A stretch of DNA of 64,000 bases from Histomonas meleagridis 2922-C6/04-290x (taxonomy: Eukaryota > Protista > Parabasalia): the NCBI GenBank assembly GCA_020184695.1, contig JAANOX010000142.1, positions 310,001 through 374,000 of the forward strand, given 5' to 3'. The translations under genes and the position numbers were made by a program. This document shows positions 10,326 to 21,398 of the stretch, piece by piece (positions within the stretch are counted from its first letter, which is position 1; each line of letters opens with the position of its first letter). Below the pieces are notes generated by a model that was given only the letters and a program-made list of their open reading frames with translations, was not told where the DNA came from and did not search any database.

Positions 10326-13300
10326 TTATTTGTTATAACCGATATCAGATTCAGATAACATTCTAATTTTATCTGCAGTAAGTGGGAACGACACAGGGAA
10401 CCATTGATCTCTTCCGAATTCCTTTCTAGCAGCTCTAATAGCGTCGATTATAGCGAAAGCGCAAGAACCTGCAAGGAGCAAAGGTGGTTCGCCAATAGCC
10501 TTTGAAGAGTATATACCGATTGGGTTACCAGAGCCCGGCATTAAGTGTGCATTGAACTCGACTGGTATATCGTTGAAGCCCGGTATCTTATAGTAGCCTG
10601 GTCCATTCGTCTTAAGCACACCAGGTTTGACCCATTTGTTCTTATCGTTATCACCATGAATTAACTCTTCCATTGTTAAAAGACCATATCCTTGGATAAA
10701 GCCACCTTCAAGTTGGCCTATATCTATTGCTGGGTTGATAGTCTTGCCGGTGTCATAAATGATATCAGACCTAAGTAACACATGGTCACCAGTTAAACAA
10801 TCAATTTCGACAAGTGAAGCTGCAGAACCATAGACATAATAAGCAAATGGATGTCCAACACCTTTATCCCAGTCATAATAAACTCCTGGTGTAGAATAAT
10901 ATCCATGTGCTGATAGATCAACTCTATCACGCCATGCATCCATGACTGCTTCTTGGAATGTCTTATTTGGTGTTCTATACTTATTCAACCTTTCATTAAT
11001 TTGAACACATGCATTGTACACTGCCCATCCATTTAAGTCTGCACCTGATGAAGCTGCTGTTGGTGATGTATTAGCTACTTTAGATGTATTAGTCTCATCA
11101 ATGCGTACATTCTCTATTGGAACACGTAATGTTTCTGCTGCTACTTGCGCCATTTTAGTATGAAGTCCTTGTCCCATTTCAACACCTCCATGTGTAACTA
11201 AGACTGTACCATCCTTATAGACATGTACAAGTGCACCGCCTTGGTTCAATGCACCAAATGTAAATGAAATACCGAACTTTAATGGTGTTTGAGCTATACC
11301 TCTCTTCTTATATTTATGTGTTCTATTGAATTCATCAACTTCTTTACGCATCTTATCAAAGTTAAATGAATCCTTAATGAAATTCCATGCATATGGTGCT
11401 TTGCAATCCAATAATGCATTGTTATAATGTGTAAGCTTACCTTCTTGATATAAGTTAAGTTGACGAATTTCTTCTGCTGGCTTACCTAATTCATTAGCTA
11501 CATGTTGAATGATAGCTTCCATTGCCATTATACCTTGTGGTGCACCAAATCCTCTAAATGCAGTGTTTGAAGCTTTGTTAGTATTACATAAGTAACATGT
11601 AGTATAGAAGTTATCAATAGCATAACATCCATCAATATGGAATAAGGCTCTATCTGTAACAGCTACTGAAATATCGACTGACCAACCACAATCTGCATAA
11701 ATTTCAGTGTAAAGTGACTTAATGTAACCTTCGTCAGTAAATCCAACTTTATACTTAGTTAAAGCTGGATGACGTCCTCCACTTGTTTGCATATCAACAT
11801 CACGATCTAATTGAATACGAATTGGTCTATTAGTCTTAAGTGCTGCGACTGCACACATGTTTGGATAAACTGTTGAACGAGTTTCTTTACCACCAAATCC
11901 ACCACCAATTCTTTGTACATGAACATCAATGTTATGCCATGGTAAATTGCAACATCTTGCAATTGATGCTTGTGTAAATGTACAGTTTTGTGTTGATGAT
12001 GTTACTTCTAATTTATTATTTTCCTTTGGTTCTACAATACAATTATGAGTTTCAAGATAGAATTGTTCTTGTCCTCCCATTTCAACAACACCTTCTAATA
12101 CATGTGGTAAATGTTTGAATGCTTCTTCGGGATCACCTTTCTTAATTTGATGATGAATATCAAAGTATGACTTAGCCTTAATAGCTTGTTCGACATTAAG
12201 GATTGCTGGTAATGGTTCATATTCAATCTTTGCAAGTTTAGCTGCTTTCCATGCTGTCTCTCTATCTTCTGCTAATACCATAGCAATTGGTTGACCTACA
12301 AAGTGTACTTCTTTAGAAGCAAATACTTCTTCATCTGGTACATAATCACCAACTGAATTTTGTCCTGGTACATCTTCTGCTGTAACAATATCAACAACAC
12401 CTGGATAATTACGGACTTCTGTCCAATCAATTGACTTAATCCTTGCATGTGGTTCAGTTGACATAACTAATCCTCCATGTAAACCATTAGGTGGCATTAA
12501 TTGATCATTTGTAAACATTGCTTCACCTGTAGTTTGTTGTTGTGCAGCTCTATGATGTATTGGTGCATTGACAACAGATGTATGATCATATTGTTTGCCA
12601 TTATGTTCTATATGTGTTCTTGGTGCAAACTTAGCTTGTGGCCTTTCAATAATATCAGATGCAGATGGATCATATGGACGACCACGTTCCTTTTCAACTT
12701 GATGATAAAATCTAAAGAGGAATGAACGTGAAAGTTCTCTTCTAAATGGAACATGACCACCTGGTGCATTATCATCAAGTGGTAAATCTTTCTCAATGTA
12801 CTTATATGCATTCGTAATTGTAGAGAGTTCAAATGGTTTTCCTTTGATTGCTTCTTCTGTTTGCTTAGCACGTTGTGGCCATGCTGCCATACCTGAATAA
12901 GCAATTTTGATGTCTTCAACAATGTTTGTTTCTTCATTAATCTTAGCCTTAATACATGCTGATACTATACAGATATCATCTTCTCTACGATGCGCTTGCT
13001 TATAGACAAAGACATGTTCATCTTTAGCACATAATGGAACTGTTACATCAAGGATAACATCTGTCTTGCCGAGTTTAGTTGTACGATATTTGGTAAAGAA
13101 GTTGTCCATATCCATAAGACGCTTCTCACCTGTAGCTGCATCAACAACAGTAAGAATTGCATCAGTAGCTAAAAGGAAGTTGGACATATCTGTTACAGCG
13201 CCTGCATATGCAATGTTACCAACAACACATGCTGTGTTACGGATTTGTGTGGATGAAAAGACGGATAATCTTTGACGTAATTCACGTAATAATCTTTGCT

Positions 13301-14231
13301 TATGTGGTGGAAGAGATGGCATTACACGATCAGAGAAGTCAATAAGGTCTTGTAATGGTGTTGAAGCTCCAAACTTAAGTTTATCGCCATCAACTATATC
13401 AACAAAGTAAAGTTCTTTGACTTGATGTGCAGAAATATATGCTGGGAATGTTGGGCCTTGTGACTTAAGATCCATACCAACTTCAGATGAACCAACAACA
13501 ATTTCGGATTTAGGATATTGCTTCTTAAGGGAGATAAGTTCTTCAAGTGTGGTTGGAACAAAGAACTTGACGCCATTGTATTCAGAAACAAGACTTTCGA
13601 CATGTTCTGGAGGATCTGCTGGATCTTGATGTTTGCAAATCTTAGCCTTAGTGTCATCTTTAATTTCTGCATCAGAGATTTGTGTATGTGAAGAGAATTC
13701 ACGGATGGCATCACTGATTGAACGATAACCTGTGCAACGGCATAAATTACCATCAAATTGTTCTTCGATTTGTTTTTCAGTTGGGTTGGGGTTGTTAAGT
13801 AAAAGAGAATATGTGTTCATAACAAAACCAGGTGTGCAATAACCACATTGGGTAGCATGGTGATCAACAAATTGCTTTTGAATTGGGTGTAAACCTTTTT
13901 TAACACTACCAAGAGCTTCAACGGTAGTGATTGAAGTACCGTGTGCTTGACCAAGTGGCATTAAACAAGAGTTTACAGGCCTATGTTTAATTTTCTTGGT
14001 GATTGGATCATATTTTGAAACCACAACTGTACAAGCACCACAACCACCTTCACCACAAACATACTTTGTGCCTTTTAAGTTAACTTTGTCAGATCTTAAA
14101 TAGGAAGTTAATGACATTAATGGATTAAATTTCCCTTCTTCCAACTTGACCTTTTTGCCGTTGAGAACAAATTCCAGAGTTTTCTGGCTTGAGGCTCGAG
14201 TGAAAGCACCAGAAGATAAGGAAGAGAGCAT
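10326..14231 (-). CDS. XDH: Xanthine dehydrogenase (2Fe-2S / FAD / molybdopterin), eukaryotic single-chain type
   Basis: Fe-S motifs CGEGGCGAC and QCGYCTPG...GNLCRCTGY. FAD domain QIRNTACVVGN. Moco domain GGGFGGKET (Glu802 equivalent), DRALFH (Arg880 equivalent), AFRGFG and SKAIGEPPL (Glu1261 equivalent). The first ATG is at 14231. Confidence 0.97.
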   Translation of the reverse strand: MLSSLSSGAFTRASSQKTLEFVLNGKKVKLEEGKFNPLMSLTSYLRSDKVNLKGTKYVCGEGGCGACTVVVSKYDPITKKIKHRPVNSCLMPLGQAHGTSITTVEALGSVKKGLHPIQKQFVDHHATQCGYCTPGFVMNTYSLLLNNPNPTEKQIEEQFDGNLCRCTGYRSISDAIREFSSHTQISDAEIKDDTKAKICKHQDPADPPEHVESLVSEYNGVKFFVPTTLEELISLKKQYPKSEIVVGSSEVGMDLKSQGPTFPAYISAHQVKELYFVDIVDGDKLKFGASTPLQDLIDFSDRVMPSLPPHKQRLLRELRQRLSVFSSTQIRNTACVVGNIAYAGAVTDMSNFLLATDAILTVVDAATGEKRLMDMDNFFTKYRTTKLGKTDVILDVTVPLCAKDEHVFVYKQAHRREDDICIVSACIKAKINEETNIVEDIKIAYSGMAAWPQRAKQTEEAIKGKPFELSTITNAYKYIEKDLPLDDNAPGGHVPFRRELSRSFLFRFYHQVEKERGRPYDPSASDIIERPQAKFAPRTHIEHNGKQYDHTSVVNAPIHHRAAQQQTTGEAMFTNDQLMPPNGLHGGLVMSTEPHARIKSIDWTEVRNYPGVVDIVTAEDVPGQNSVGDYVPDEEVFASKEVHFVGQPIAMVLAEDRETAWKAAKLAKIEYEPLPAILNVEQAIKAKSYFDIHHQIKKGDPEEAFKHLPHVLEGVVEMGGQEQFYLETHNCIVEPKENNKLEVTSSTQNCTFTQASIARCCNLPWHNIDVHVQRIGGGFGGKETRSTVYPNMCAVAALKTNRPIRIQLDRDVDMQTSGGRHPALTKYKVGFTDEGYIKSLYTEIYADCGWSVDISVAVTDRALFHIDGCYAIDNFYTTCYLCNTNKASNTAFRGFGAPQGIMAMEAIIQHVANELGKPAEEIRQLNLYQEGKLTHYNNALLDCKAPYAWNFIKDSFNFDKMRKEVDEFNRTHKYKKRGIAQTPLKFGISFTFGALNQGGALVHVYKDGTVLVTHGGVEMGQGLHTKMAQVAAETLRVPIENVRIDETNTSKVANTSPTAASSGADLNGWAVYNACVQINERLNKYRTPNKTFQEAVMDAWRDRVDLSAHGYYSTPGVYYDWDKGVGHPFAYYVYGSAASLVEIDCLTGDHVLLRSDIIYDTGKTINPAIDIGQLEGGFIQGYGLLTMEELIHGDNDKNKWVKPGVLKTNGPGYYKIPGFNDIPVEFNAHLMPGSGNPIGIYSSKAIGEPPLLLAGSCAFAIIDAIRAARKEFGRDQWFPVSFPLTADKIRMLSESDIGYNK

Positions 14232-14864
14232 TAAAAAATGTGTTTTAATCAAATTTTGAGCGTAGATTCAATATTGAGAAGATAAAAGAGGTTTATATCA
14301 TCGGTTTATTTGACAAACAAGTATTTTGTTGTATCTAACAAGTATTTATATAATAAAATTTAATTTAATATCAACTAACACAAGTAGATTAATATATTTC
14401 ATTATTTTTTATATTGATGATAGAATAATGAATATAATCGAATATTAGAATAATTGATGTTGTCTAACCGATTTCATCGTTTATTCAAAATATTCTATGA
14501 GGTATGTTAACCTCCTTATTTCACTGCGGCTTTCGGATTCAAAATTGACTGATGTGAAATATCGTTGACATCAGAAAACTTATGAGCTGATCATTCAATA
14601 TTGTATTCAATGTAAAAAAAGAGGCGGTTATTGTTGTTTTCTTTGCATCCTAAAAATTTGTTTATGTTTTTTAACCGTCTCTTGTAAAGCTGTCAGCAGC
14701 TTTCAACTCACATTACAATAACTTTAAATGAAATTACACAATTTTTTTGGTCATTTCGTCATCAGAACTTCGATAAAGAAAATATGGCAGAGTAAAAATG
14801 AGACAATTACACACACGCACACACACACAAAAAAATAACAAAAGAAACGCATTTTATTTCTTTT

Positions 14865-17231
14865 TCAGTCATTTCTTATTTTCTCCAATAGTCGATTCAC
14901 ATTAAATTCGTTTGCGATTTGCTTCAAGTTCTCGCCCAAATCGATTGGCCTCACCTCGTCCACCACTATTTCCCATTTCTCTTCTATTACCTCCTTTTTC
15001 TCGTATTCGATATCCGGAGCGTCCAAGATATCGAACATTTTAATATTATCCAAATATTCCATTTCTCTTTTCAAGTCGACATTCGGCGGCTCTCTTTTCA
15101 CCACTATCTCTGTTTCTTGCAGCATCGAGTATCTGCTGCTTGGCTTCGATTCTTCTTCGATATTCAACCGCGGTATTGGCGGCATCGACAGACTTCTTTC
15201 AGTCTTCATTATCATTGGCGATTCATCAGGTTCACTCTTCGCATTAATGACATTATCGAATTTGACTTCTGAATCGGAATTATTATTATTTTGGATGTTT
15301 TTGAGTTCGCTGAATTTACCAAATGAGAATAATAATTCGGCAGTTGAGTTACGTTGTTCTCGACGCATTGCTCGAGTTTTCTTGTACGAAGAGTTAAGTT
15401 TGAATTTGTTGTTTGGATTGAACACGGGAACTTTATATTCCGAATCGCCTTGAATCATATGTTCATATTTTTGTTTGATGTTATTATCAGTGAGGAACTT
15501 ATTGATTAAGTCCTTCTTTAACATTAATGGCGCTCCACGATTACATACCTTTGTTAAGAAGTCATTAAACCCTTTATAGACACATGGGAAATCATATTCG
15601 AACTCTTTGATACGAATATTTTCAAGTAAACATTTAATAAGTTCTTGTATAAATGTGTTTGTATATTTAAAACCTTTGATAGAAAACAATTTTAATGAAG
15701 TGTTATGTGTAATAGATTCGAAAATCGATTTAATTTCTGAATCGCCAATTTCAATGCTTTTATCAACAGATAAATTAATCGTTTCAAGTGTAGTCGATTT
15801 AAGGATAAATTTACCTAATGAATAACATGAATCAACACAATTAGGTAAACAATTATATAACGATAATAATTTAAGTGTTGGGATATCGCGAATATATTTA
15901 AAGAATGAATCATCGATATTATTATTGTCCCAATATAATTCATCAACTTTAATATGAGGGAATTCTTGAATACAATCAAATAAATCTTCAAATGTCCAAT
16001 TGTCTAACTCAATATTACTTAATGATAATGAAATTGGATTTTGACAGCGTGAAAATAATTCAAAGATGCCATAAAGTACTGAATTTGAAAAAGTGACGTG
16101 ATTGAGTATAACCGTTTTTAGTGAAGATGGTAAATCAAACGTTTCTTTGATGGGCTCTTTAGCAAAGTTAGAAGATAAATCAATTGTTTCTATTTGTGGA
16201 AATGATTCTAAATTACCAAGGAATTCACAAACATCAATACCACAATCAATTAGTTTGATACCATGAAGATCTTTTCCAAGTTTTAAAAGAGAATCAAGTT
16301 TGATATCTTGTGATTTCTTGATAGATAAGTTTCGAAGGGATTTAAATGATTGAGCTGCTTCAACGAAATCAGAGAAATTACTTCCTGATAAACAATCTTC
16401 AAACGACATCTCATTAAGAGAATTTTTAGCAAGATAACCAAAGTACTGCGATACATTTTTGTTAAGACGAACTTTTTTGACCGAAATATTTTGAACTGAT
16501 TTGGAAAGAATTGTTGATGGCATTTCATTAATAACAACAATATTATTGAAGTAGATATTTTGTATATGTCTGGTACACCTAAGGAAGTCCATAAGAGGTG
16601 TGAGCATAGTATTACCAACTGGAGTATCTATAAATATGGATGTGAAATATGGAAATGATTGGATAGCCTCAAAGAAAGGTTCACTGGAAACCTTCAAAAT
16701 GTCGAGAAATGATGATAGATATATTTCTTTTTTCATTGATCTGAAAAATGCTTGATAATTTTTGAGAGCATCATTCGATATTTCTTTGCATTTGTTGGTA
16801 ATAATGTTGTGAAAACGAAGGATTGGATCTATCTTATGTTTTTCCGAAGAAATTTCTGGAAAACTGAAAATAGGTAATTCTTTTTCTTTCATAAACGAGC
16901 AAAGATGCTTCCTAATGATTTCTGCAAGAGTTACGTAATCTTTGTGTGTTATTTCTATTTTTTCATCTGTAAACTGAAATAATAATGATTTATGAGAAGT
17001 AAGAGAAAGAGAAAGTAATCCAAGCCAATCAAGTTTCCTAGGTGCAGCAAATTCATTTTTCTTGCCTTTCTGGAAAATAAACAATCCTGTTGATGCTGCA
17101 ACAAAAAGTTTAGAATCTTTCTTATTTTTCGACCCAATTTTTTCAGCCTTTAAACAAACAACTGGGATTTCAAGTGAGGTTTCGAGAAATTCTTGGGCAA
17201 CCTTTAGTTTGGATTCGTCGATTGGGTTCAT
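14865..17231 (-). CDS. Leucine-rich repeat protein (RNI-like LRRs with a possible N-terminal PH-like region; CARMIL-like architecture)
   Basis: LRR-type repeats such as IETIDLSSN, VDELYWDNNNID, LKLLSLYNC and LETINLS. An N-terminal beta-rich LFVAASTGLFIF segment is present. The first ATG is at 17231 (the ORF track starts at TTG 17276). Confidence 0.6.
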   Translation of the reverse strand: MNPIDESKLKVAQEFLETSLEIPVVCLKAEKIGSKNKKDSKLFVAASTGLFIFQKGKKNEFAAPRKLDWLGLLSLSLTSHKSLLFQFTDEKIEITHKDYVTLAEIIRKHLCSFMKEKELPIFSFPEISSEKHKIDPILRFHNIITNKCKEISNDALKNYQAFFRSMKKEIYLSSFLDILKVSSEPFFEAIQSFPYFTSIFIDTPVGNTMLTPLMDFLRCTRHIQNIYFNNIVVINEMPSTILSKSVQNISVKKVRLNKNVSQYFGYLAKNSLNEMSFEDCLSGSNFSDFVEAAQSFKSLRNLSIKKSQDIKLDSLLKLGKDLHGIKLIDCGIDVCEFLGNLESFPQIETIDLSSNFAKEPIKETFDLPSSLKTVILNHVTFSNSVLYGIFELFSRCQNPISLSLSNIELDNWTFEDLFDCIQEFPHIKVDELYWDNNNIDDSFFKYIRDIPTLKLLSLYNCLPNCVDSCYSLGKFILKSTTLETINLSVDKSIEIGDSEIKSIFESITHNTSLKLFSIKGFKYTNTFIQELIKCLLENIRIKEFEYDFPCVYKGFNDFLTKVCNRGAPLMLKKDLINKFLTDNNIKQKYEHMIQGDSEYKVPVFNPNNKFKLNSSYKKTRAMRREQRNSTAELLFSFGKFSELKNIQNNNNSDSEVKFDNVINAKSEPDESPMIMKTERSLSMPPIPRLNIEEESKPSSRYSMLQETEIVVKREPPNVDLKREMEYLDNIKMFDILDAPDIEYEKKEVIEEKWEIVVDEVRPIDLGENLKQIANEFNVNRLLEKIRND

Positions 17232-17904
17232 GAAAAATCCTTGTTTCTCTTGGAAAACCGATGAAACACCTTTCAAAGCTTTATCTCTATTCTCCCGATA
17301 ACCTCTTGAAAATTGAATTGTATAGAAAATTGACAGAATTTCAAAAAAAAAGATTATCCTTTGAGCTTGGGGCAGCCTGTTTTTCGATGATTTTGCTATT
17401 CAAATTGTTTCCTATCAGTAACCGTCGGGGGAAGAAGCGGTTTTAGTCGGATTTTTGTGTGCAGTGAGCGTTGTAAAACCATAGGCAACCTAAAAAATTT
17501 TTTTGAGTGACAAACGATTGTTTTATATGAATTTTTAAGAAAAGCTTTCAGCTAAAACCGCCTCATTTTGTTCTCTTTGTAGCATTATAATCATATCTGT
17601 GCAAGCTGTTCAAAATTAAAATAAAATGATCTTGTGTGTAAACTTTGATGTTTGTCTTTCTTTAAGCAAAAATTTAGTGCAGGCATTAGGTAATTTCAAG
17701 AACTATTTTTCAAAAAATTGAAAATGAAAATACTTTTGATACCTTTGTGGGTATTAATACCCACTCATTTACATATGAGATATCATTGATAATACTTTAT
17801 TGTTTGATGGGATACAAATGTTTTTATGAACAAGTTGAAATTGAACATTCATGTAAACGGTCGTTTGGATGAAAAGGATTAATTAACGGTCAATTTTCGA
17901 GAAC

Positions 17905-18264
17905 ATGAGCGAAATTTCTTTGCAAGCACCTTCATCAATTCGTATACGTGGACAAGTAACACATGAAGCAAAAAAAGAGACAGATGTTTATTTCACCAAA
18001 GATATTTCTTTAAATTCAATTATTCCCATAATCGAAAAAAAGATCCACAAATTTGGCTTTGTTAATCTTCATTCCCTTGGTGCTGCAAACTACAAAGCTT
18101 TGAAGGTTGGTGTTATGATTCAAAAAGCTCATCCAGAAATTAAAGCTGATGTCACAACTAGCACAGTTGAAACAACAGATTTTATTATTCCCATTACGCC
18201 AGGCCAAGAAAGACAATCAAACAATCGTTCAATGAATGCTGTTTCTATATATTTGCATAAATAA
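17905..18264 (+). CDS. Rpp20/Pop7-like Alba-family RNase P/MRP subunit
   Basis: The motifs NLHSLGAANYKAL, TSTVETTDFIIP and RSMNAVSIYL resemble Rpp20 IHGLGLAINRAI / TSTVELVDELEP / RNNSAIHIRV (recalled from memory). Confidence 0.7.
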   Translation: MSEISLQAPSSIRIRGQVTHEAKKETDVYFTKDISLNSIIPIIEKKIHKFGFVNLHSLGAANYKALKVGVMIQKAHPEIKADVTTSTVETTDFIIPITPGQERQSNNRSMNAVSIYLHK

Positions 18265-18318
18265 ATCTTTTGTCACTTTTTGCTTTCTTTGATTGTTAAA
18301 CGTACATTTAAATCCCAA

Positions 18319-19032
18319 ATGGGGGATGAGCTTCCAATAACAGAATATTTTAAAGGACCAAGCCTTAACGAATTAGCGTCATTTTCAGATGATATCAGTA
18401 GTGCTTTACAATGGAGGAGAAGTCAATCAGCAAATTATATCAAATTACTTCAAAGAAGAAGATACCTTGAAGAACAAAGAAATGATCATCTTATACAACT
18501 AGACCTTCAAGATGCAGCTCTTTTAATAGAAAGAAAAAGAGCACAAGCAGAATGTCTTGCATATGCAGCTCAAATAGAAAAAAGAATTGATCCTGCAACT
18601 CGTGAAATGAAGTTTGATCAAACCTCAAACTTCTGGTCTTCTCCAACTCAAAAAAGTGATATAACACCAACCCGTTGGAATCAAAATTATTCACCATCTT
18701 TCGACAATCGGCAAAAATCTGTTTTCACATCATACGGATCTCCTATAAGAAGTTCTTTTGCGAAAAATTCTGTGTTTACTCAACAGAATCAGAATTACTC
18801 ACCACCGCCATACGGAAATCCTAATCCAGCATATACTACAAATCGTGGCTCAATGAGTCCAAGGCCAAAACAAAATTCTCATGTACAGTTTGGTTCTAAT
18901 TTGACAAATAATAATCAGAGTTCACTCAGAATGCCTTTTCAAGAAATCAGAAGCAATCTTACGAGCAACCACCCGGGCTTCTTTCCTCAAAAAGATGGCT
19001 TCACAACTTTTAAATCGATACATATTCCCTAA
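18319..19032 (+). CDS. Hypothetical protein with a coiled-coil N-half and an S/P/N-rich low-complexity C-half
   Basis: Long ORF with first ATG at 18319 (MGDELP). No family recognised. Confidence 0.6.
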   Translation: MGDELPITEYFKGPSLNELASFSDDISSALQWRRSQSANYIKLLQRRRYLEEQRNDHLIQLDLQDAALLIERKRAQAECLAYAAQIEKRIDPATREMKFDQTSNFWSSPTQKSDITPTRWNQNYSPSFDNRQKSVFTSYGSPIRSSFAKNSVFTQQNQNYSPPPYGNPNPAYTTNRGSMSPRPKQNSHVQFGSNLTNNNQSSLRMPFQEIRSNLTSNHPGFFPQKDGFTTFKSIHIP

Positions 19033-19037
19033 ATATT

Positions 19038-19427
19038 TTATTCAAACAATCGTTTCTGTTGAGATAAATGTGATTCTTCGCTTTCACTCAAAACACTTTT
19101 AATGGTTTGAGAAAGACCTTTCGAAATGCTTTTGATTTGTGAAGTTATTTCTTCCTGAATAGCAAGCTCTTTTTCTGCTTCTAACAAGATTTGGTTAGGT
19201 GGAGGTTCTTGATTACCTAGGAATTTTTGAACTTCTTCAATACCACCAAGTGCCTCTATGCATTGAGCTTTACACCATGTCATGTCCTGAAGAATTCTTT
19301 TTGCCTTAAACATTTTTGCTAAATCACGATAAGTGGGATATTCTTCTTCTGAAGTTAAAAGGTACCCAAAGCTATTATTTGGCCATCTTAACCCCTTTAC
19401 AATTGAATAAATCTCTTCCTCATTCAT
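19038..19427 (-). CDS. Hypothetical protein (129 aa)
   Basis: ATG-initiated ORF with protein-like composition, convergent with the upstream gene and 5 nt from its stop codon. Confidence 0.55.
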   Translation of the reverse strand: MNEEEIYSIVKGLRWPNNSFGYLLTSEEEYPTYRDLAKMFKAKRILQDMTWCKAQCIEALGGIEEVQKFLGNQEPPPNQILLEAEKELAIQEEITSQIKSISKGLSQTIKSVLSESEESHLSQQKRLFE

Positions 19428-19727
19428 ATGAATCCAGTGCCAACAAAAAGTTCTTGATGAAATTAAACGGGCTCATAATTAACGAACATGACATAGTCAA
19501 TTTTACTTTATAAGAAACTTCCTCATAATTAAGGTAAAAATTATTGCTTTACCATGCATTTTACATTTAAAGATGTACTCGACTTATCCTTTAAAGAAAC
19601 TTTTTTCGAGAAATCATCTAAATGATTTAATCGAAATAAAATTATATAATTATATAATAATTATCAACATTCATCCTAAGAAGTATTTTTAACACTTAAA
19701 ACAAATTTTATTAATCACAATAAAAAA

Positions 19728-21095
19728 TTATTTTTCAGTGATTGTATTTAGATGTTTTCTAACTGCTATTATTGTCGCCTTTGCGTATTGCATTTGACCT
19801 GACAATTCAGTCTCTGGTAAAAACGTATCTAAATAATCAAACAACGCATTAAAATTTGGAACATCTGAAGCCAAAAAACAAAACACGAACAAACCAAATG
19901 TAGTATCAAATGCAAATGAAGTTTCAGCCCCATATTTATCTGAAACATATTTTCTTAATTGAGTTAAAGCTCTATAAACACCAGCCAAAATATCAATTGG
20001 CGAATTATATAATACAAACGCATTAATTTCGTTAACTGCACTTTGTAATATTTCGCATTTTTTCGCAATTTGAAGAAATGATTCATTTTCTGAATGTTCT
20101 GGAAGTAAATCAAATGGAATTCCAGATTTAGAAATACAAAAATTTCGTGAACTAAAAGAATTAATATGTTCTGGATTTATCCAATTATATTCATCAAACA
20201 TTGCACGATAAAATGCAAATGAAAAAATATGAGCTTCAATTGAATCACTTATTTGAAAAGTGGTAACAATTTTATTAAATAACTCAATGCACCCAACAGC
20301 AAAAGAATTCCCTTTAAGCTCAAGTGTTGAAATAATTTCGTCATGAAAATAAAAGTTCGGATGAAAAAAAAATTGTTCAAATGATTCTTGTATTGGTGTC
20401 ATTGGCAAAAATTCTTCTTTCTTATCATAAAATAACATAAGAGATTGCACGGTTTGAAGAAAAAGGGATCGTTGGCTTTGAAGATTTTTATCAAATGTAA
20501 GAGTTAATGAAGAAATAGAATTTATTATTTTGATGTCAAAATTATTGAGTATCTCAATTTGTTCAGGGTCAAGTAAGAACTCATGGAATAAACCTTCCTC
20601 GTCAAAAAACAAAAGTTCATTTGTTTGAATTTTAGATGATTCTTCCAAAACATTGAGTAATTCATTACAAACTGCAAGTGACTTGGTATAAGAAACTACT
20701 TTAGCTTTGAAAATAAGATATTGTACAGCATAATGTACATGAATAAGATAATGAGAAGGTATTATATATGGAGCGATTTCATTAAATGATGGTTGTTCTG
20801 GAAATAATTTTGCCATCTTTGTGTTAAGGAAAGTCGATAATTTTGTATGGCAATTGTTAATTGTGGACTCCCACGTTTCATTTTCTGTGATTATTTGTGG
20901 AATCTCAATCTGAAAAAAACGAATAAAGTTTTTATGTTCTGCAAGCCAATGAATCAGAGGGCTCATTTCTGCCTTTTTCATTGAATTTAAATCTTGTATT
21001 TGCATCAAATCAATTTTTTTGTCGTGGATTAACTGAAGTTTCTCATTTAACGTCCACTTCTTTATTAAGAGATGAAAATTAAACCAGTTAACCAA
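19728..21095 (-). CDS. Probable VPS9-domain (Rab5 GEF-like) protein
   Basis: The C-terminal helical region SPIDILAGVYRAL...FAFDTTFGLFVFCFLASDVP...LSGQMQYAKATI resembles the VPS9 consensus (ADD..P...Y...A......GE.GY..TT). The start codon is uncertain (TTG). Confidence 0.55.
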   Translation of the reverse strand: MVNWFNFHLLIKKWTLNEKLQLIHDKKIDLMQIQDLNSMKKAEMSPLIHWLAEHKNFIRFFQIEIPQIITENETWESTINNCHTKLSTFLNTKMAKLFPEQPSFNEIAPYIIPSHYLIHVHYAVQYLIFKAKVVSYTKSLAVCNELLNVLEESSKIQTNELLFFDEEGLFHEFLLDPEQIEILNNFDIKIINSISSLTLTFDKNLQSQRSLFLQTVQSLMLFYDKKEEFLPMTPIQESFEQFFFHPNFYFHDEIISTLELKGNSFAVGCIELFNKIVTTFQISDSIEAHIFSFAFYRAMFDEYNWINPEHINSFSSRNFCISKSGIPFDLLPEHSENESFLQIAKKCEILQSAVNEINAFVLYNSPIDILAGVYRALTQLRKYVSDKYGAETSFAFDTTFGLFVFCFLASDVPNFNALFDYLDTFLPETELSGQMQYAKATIIAVRKHLNTITEK

Positions 21096-21398
21096 TATTA
21101 CTTATTAAAAATGTGTTGAATAACAATAGATGCGTTACATTATCATCAATCTTGAAATAATCATTATGTCTCAAATGATGAATCAAAATAAGAAATTTCG
21201 ATATTTTTTAGATATTTTCAAGAATATATTTATTTATAATAAAAACACTCCACTTAGAGATATGTTATTTTCTAATTTTTGAAGTATTTTTAAAGATATT
21301 TTCATTTTATTGAAGTTTTACAATGCATTGAAAAGTAATAGCAAAAAGAGTATTTCTTAGCGCGCAGTAAAAAAGTGTCAGATCAGTTTCGTGGCAAA

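Noticed and set aside
14370-14390. ACTAACACAAGTAG resembling the trichomonad intron branch point / 3' splice site
   Set aside because: It is intergenic, upstream of XDH on the opposite strand, with no flanking exons or 5' GT partner identified.
14806-14830. (AC)n microsatellite
   Set aside because: Short, ordinary simple repeat in a 3' intergenic region.
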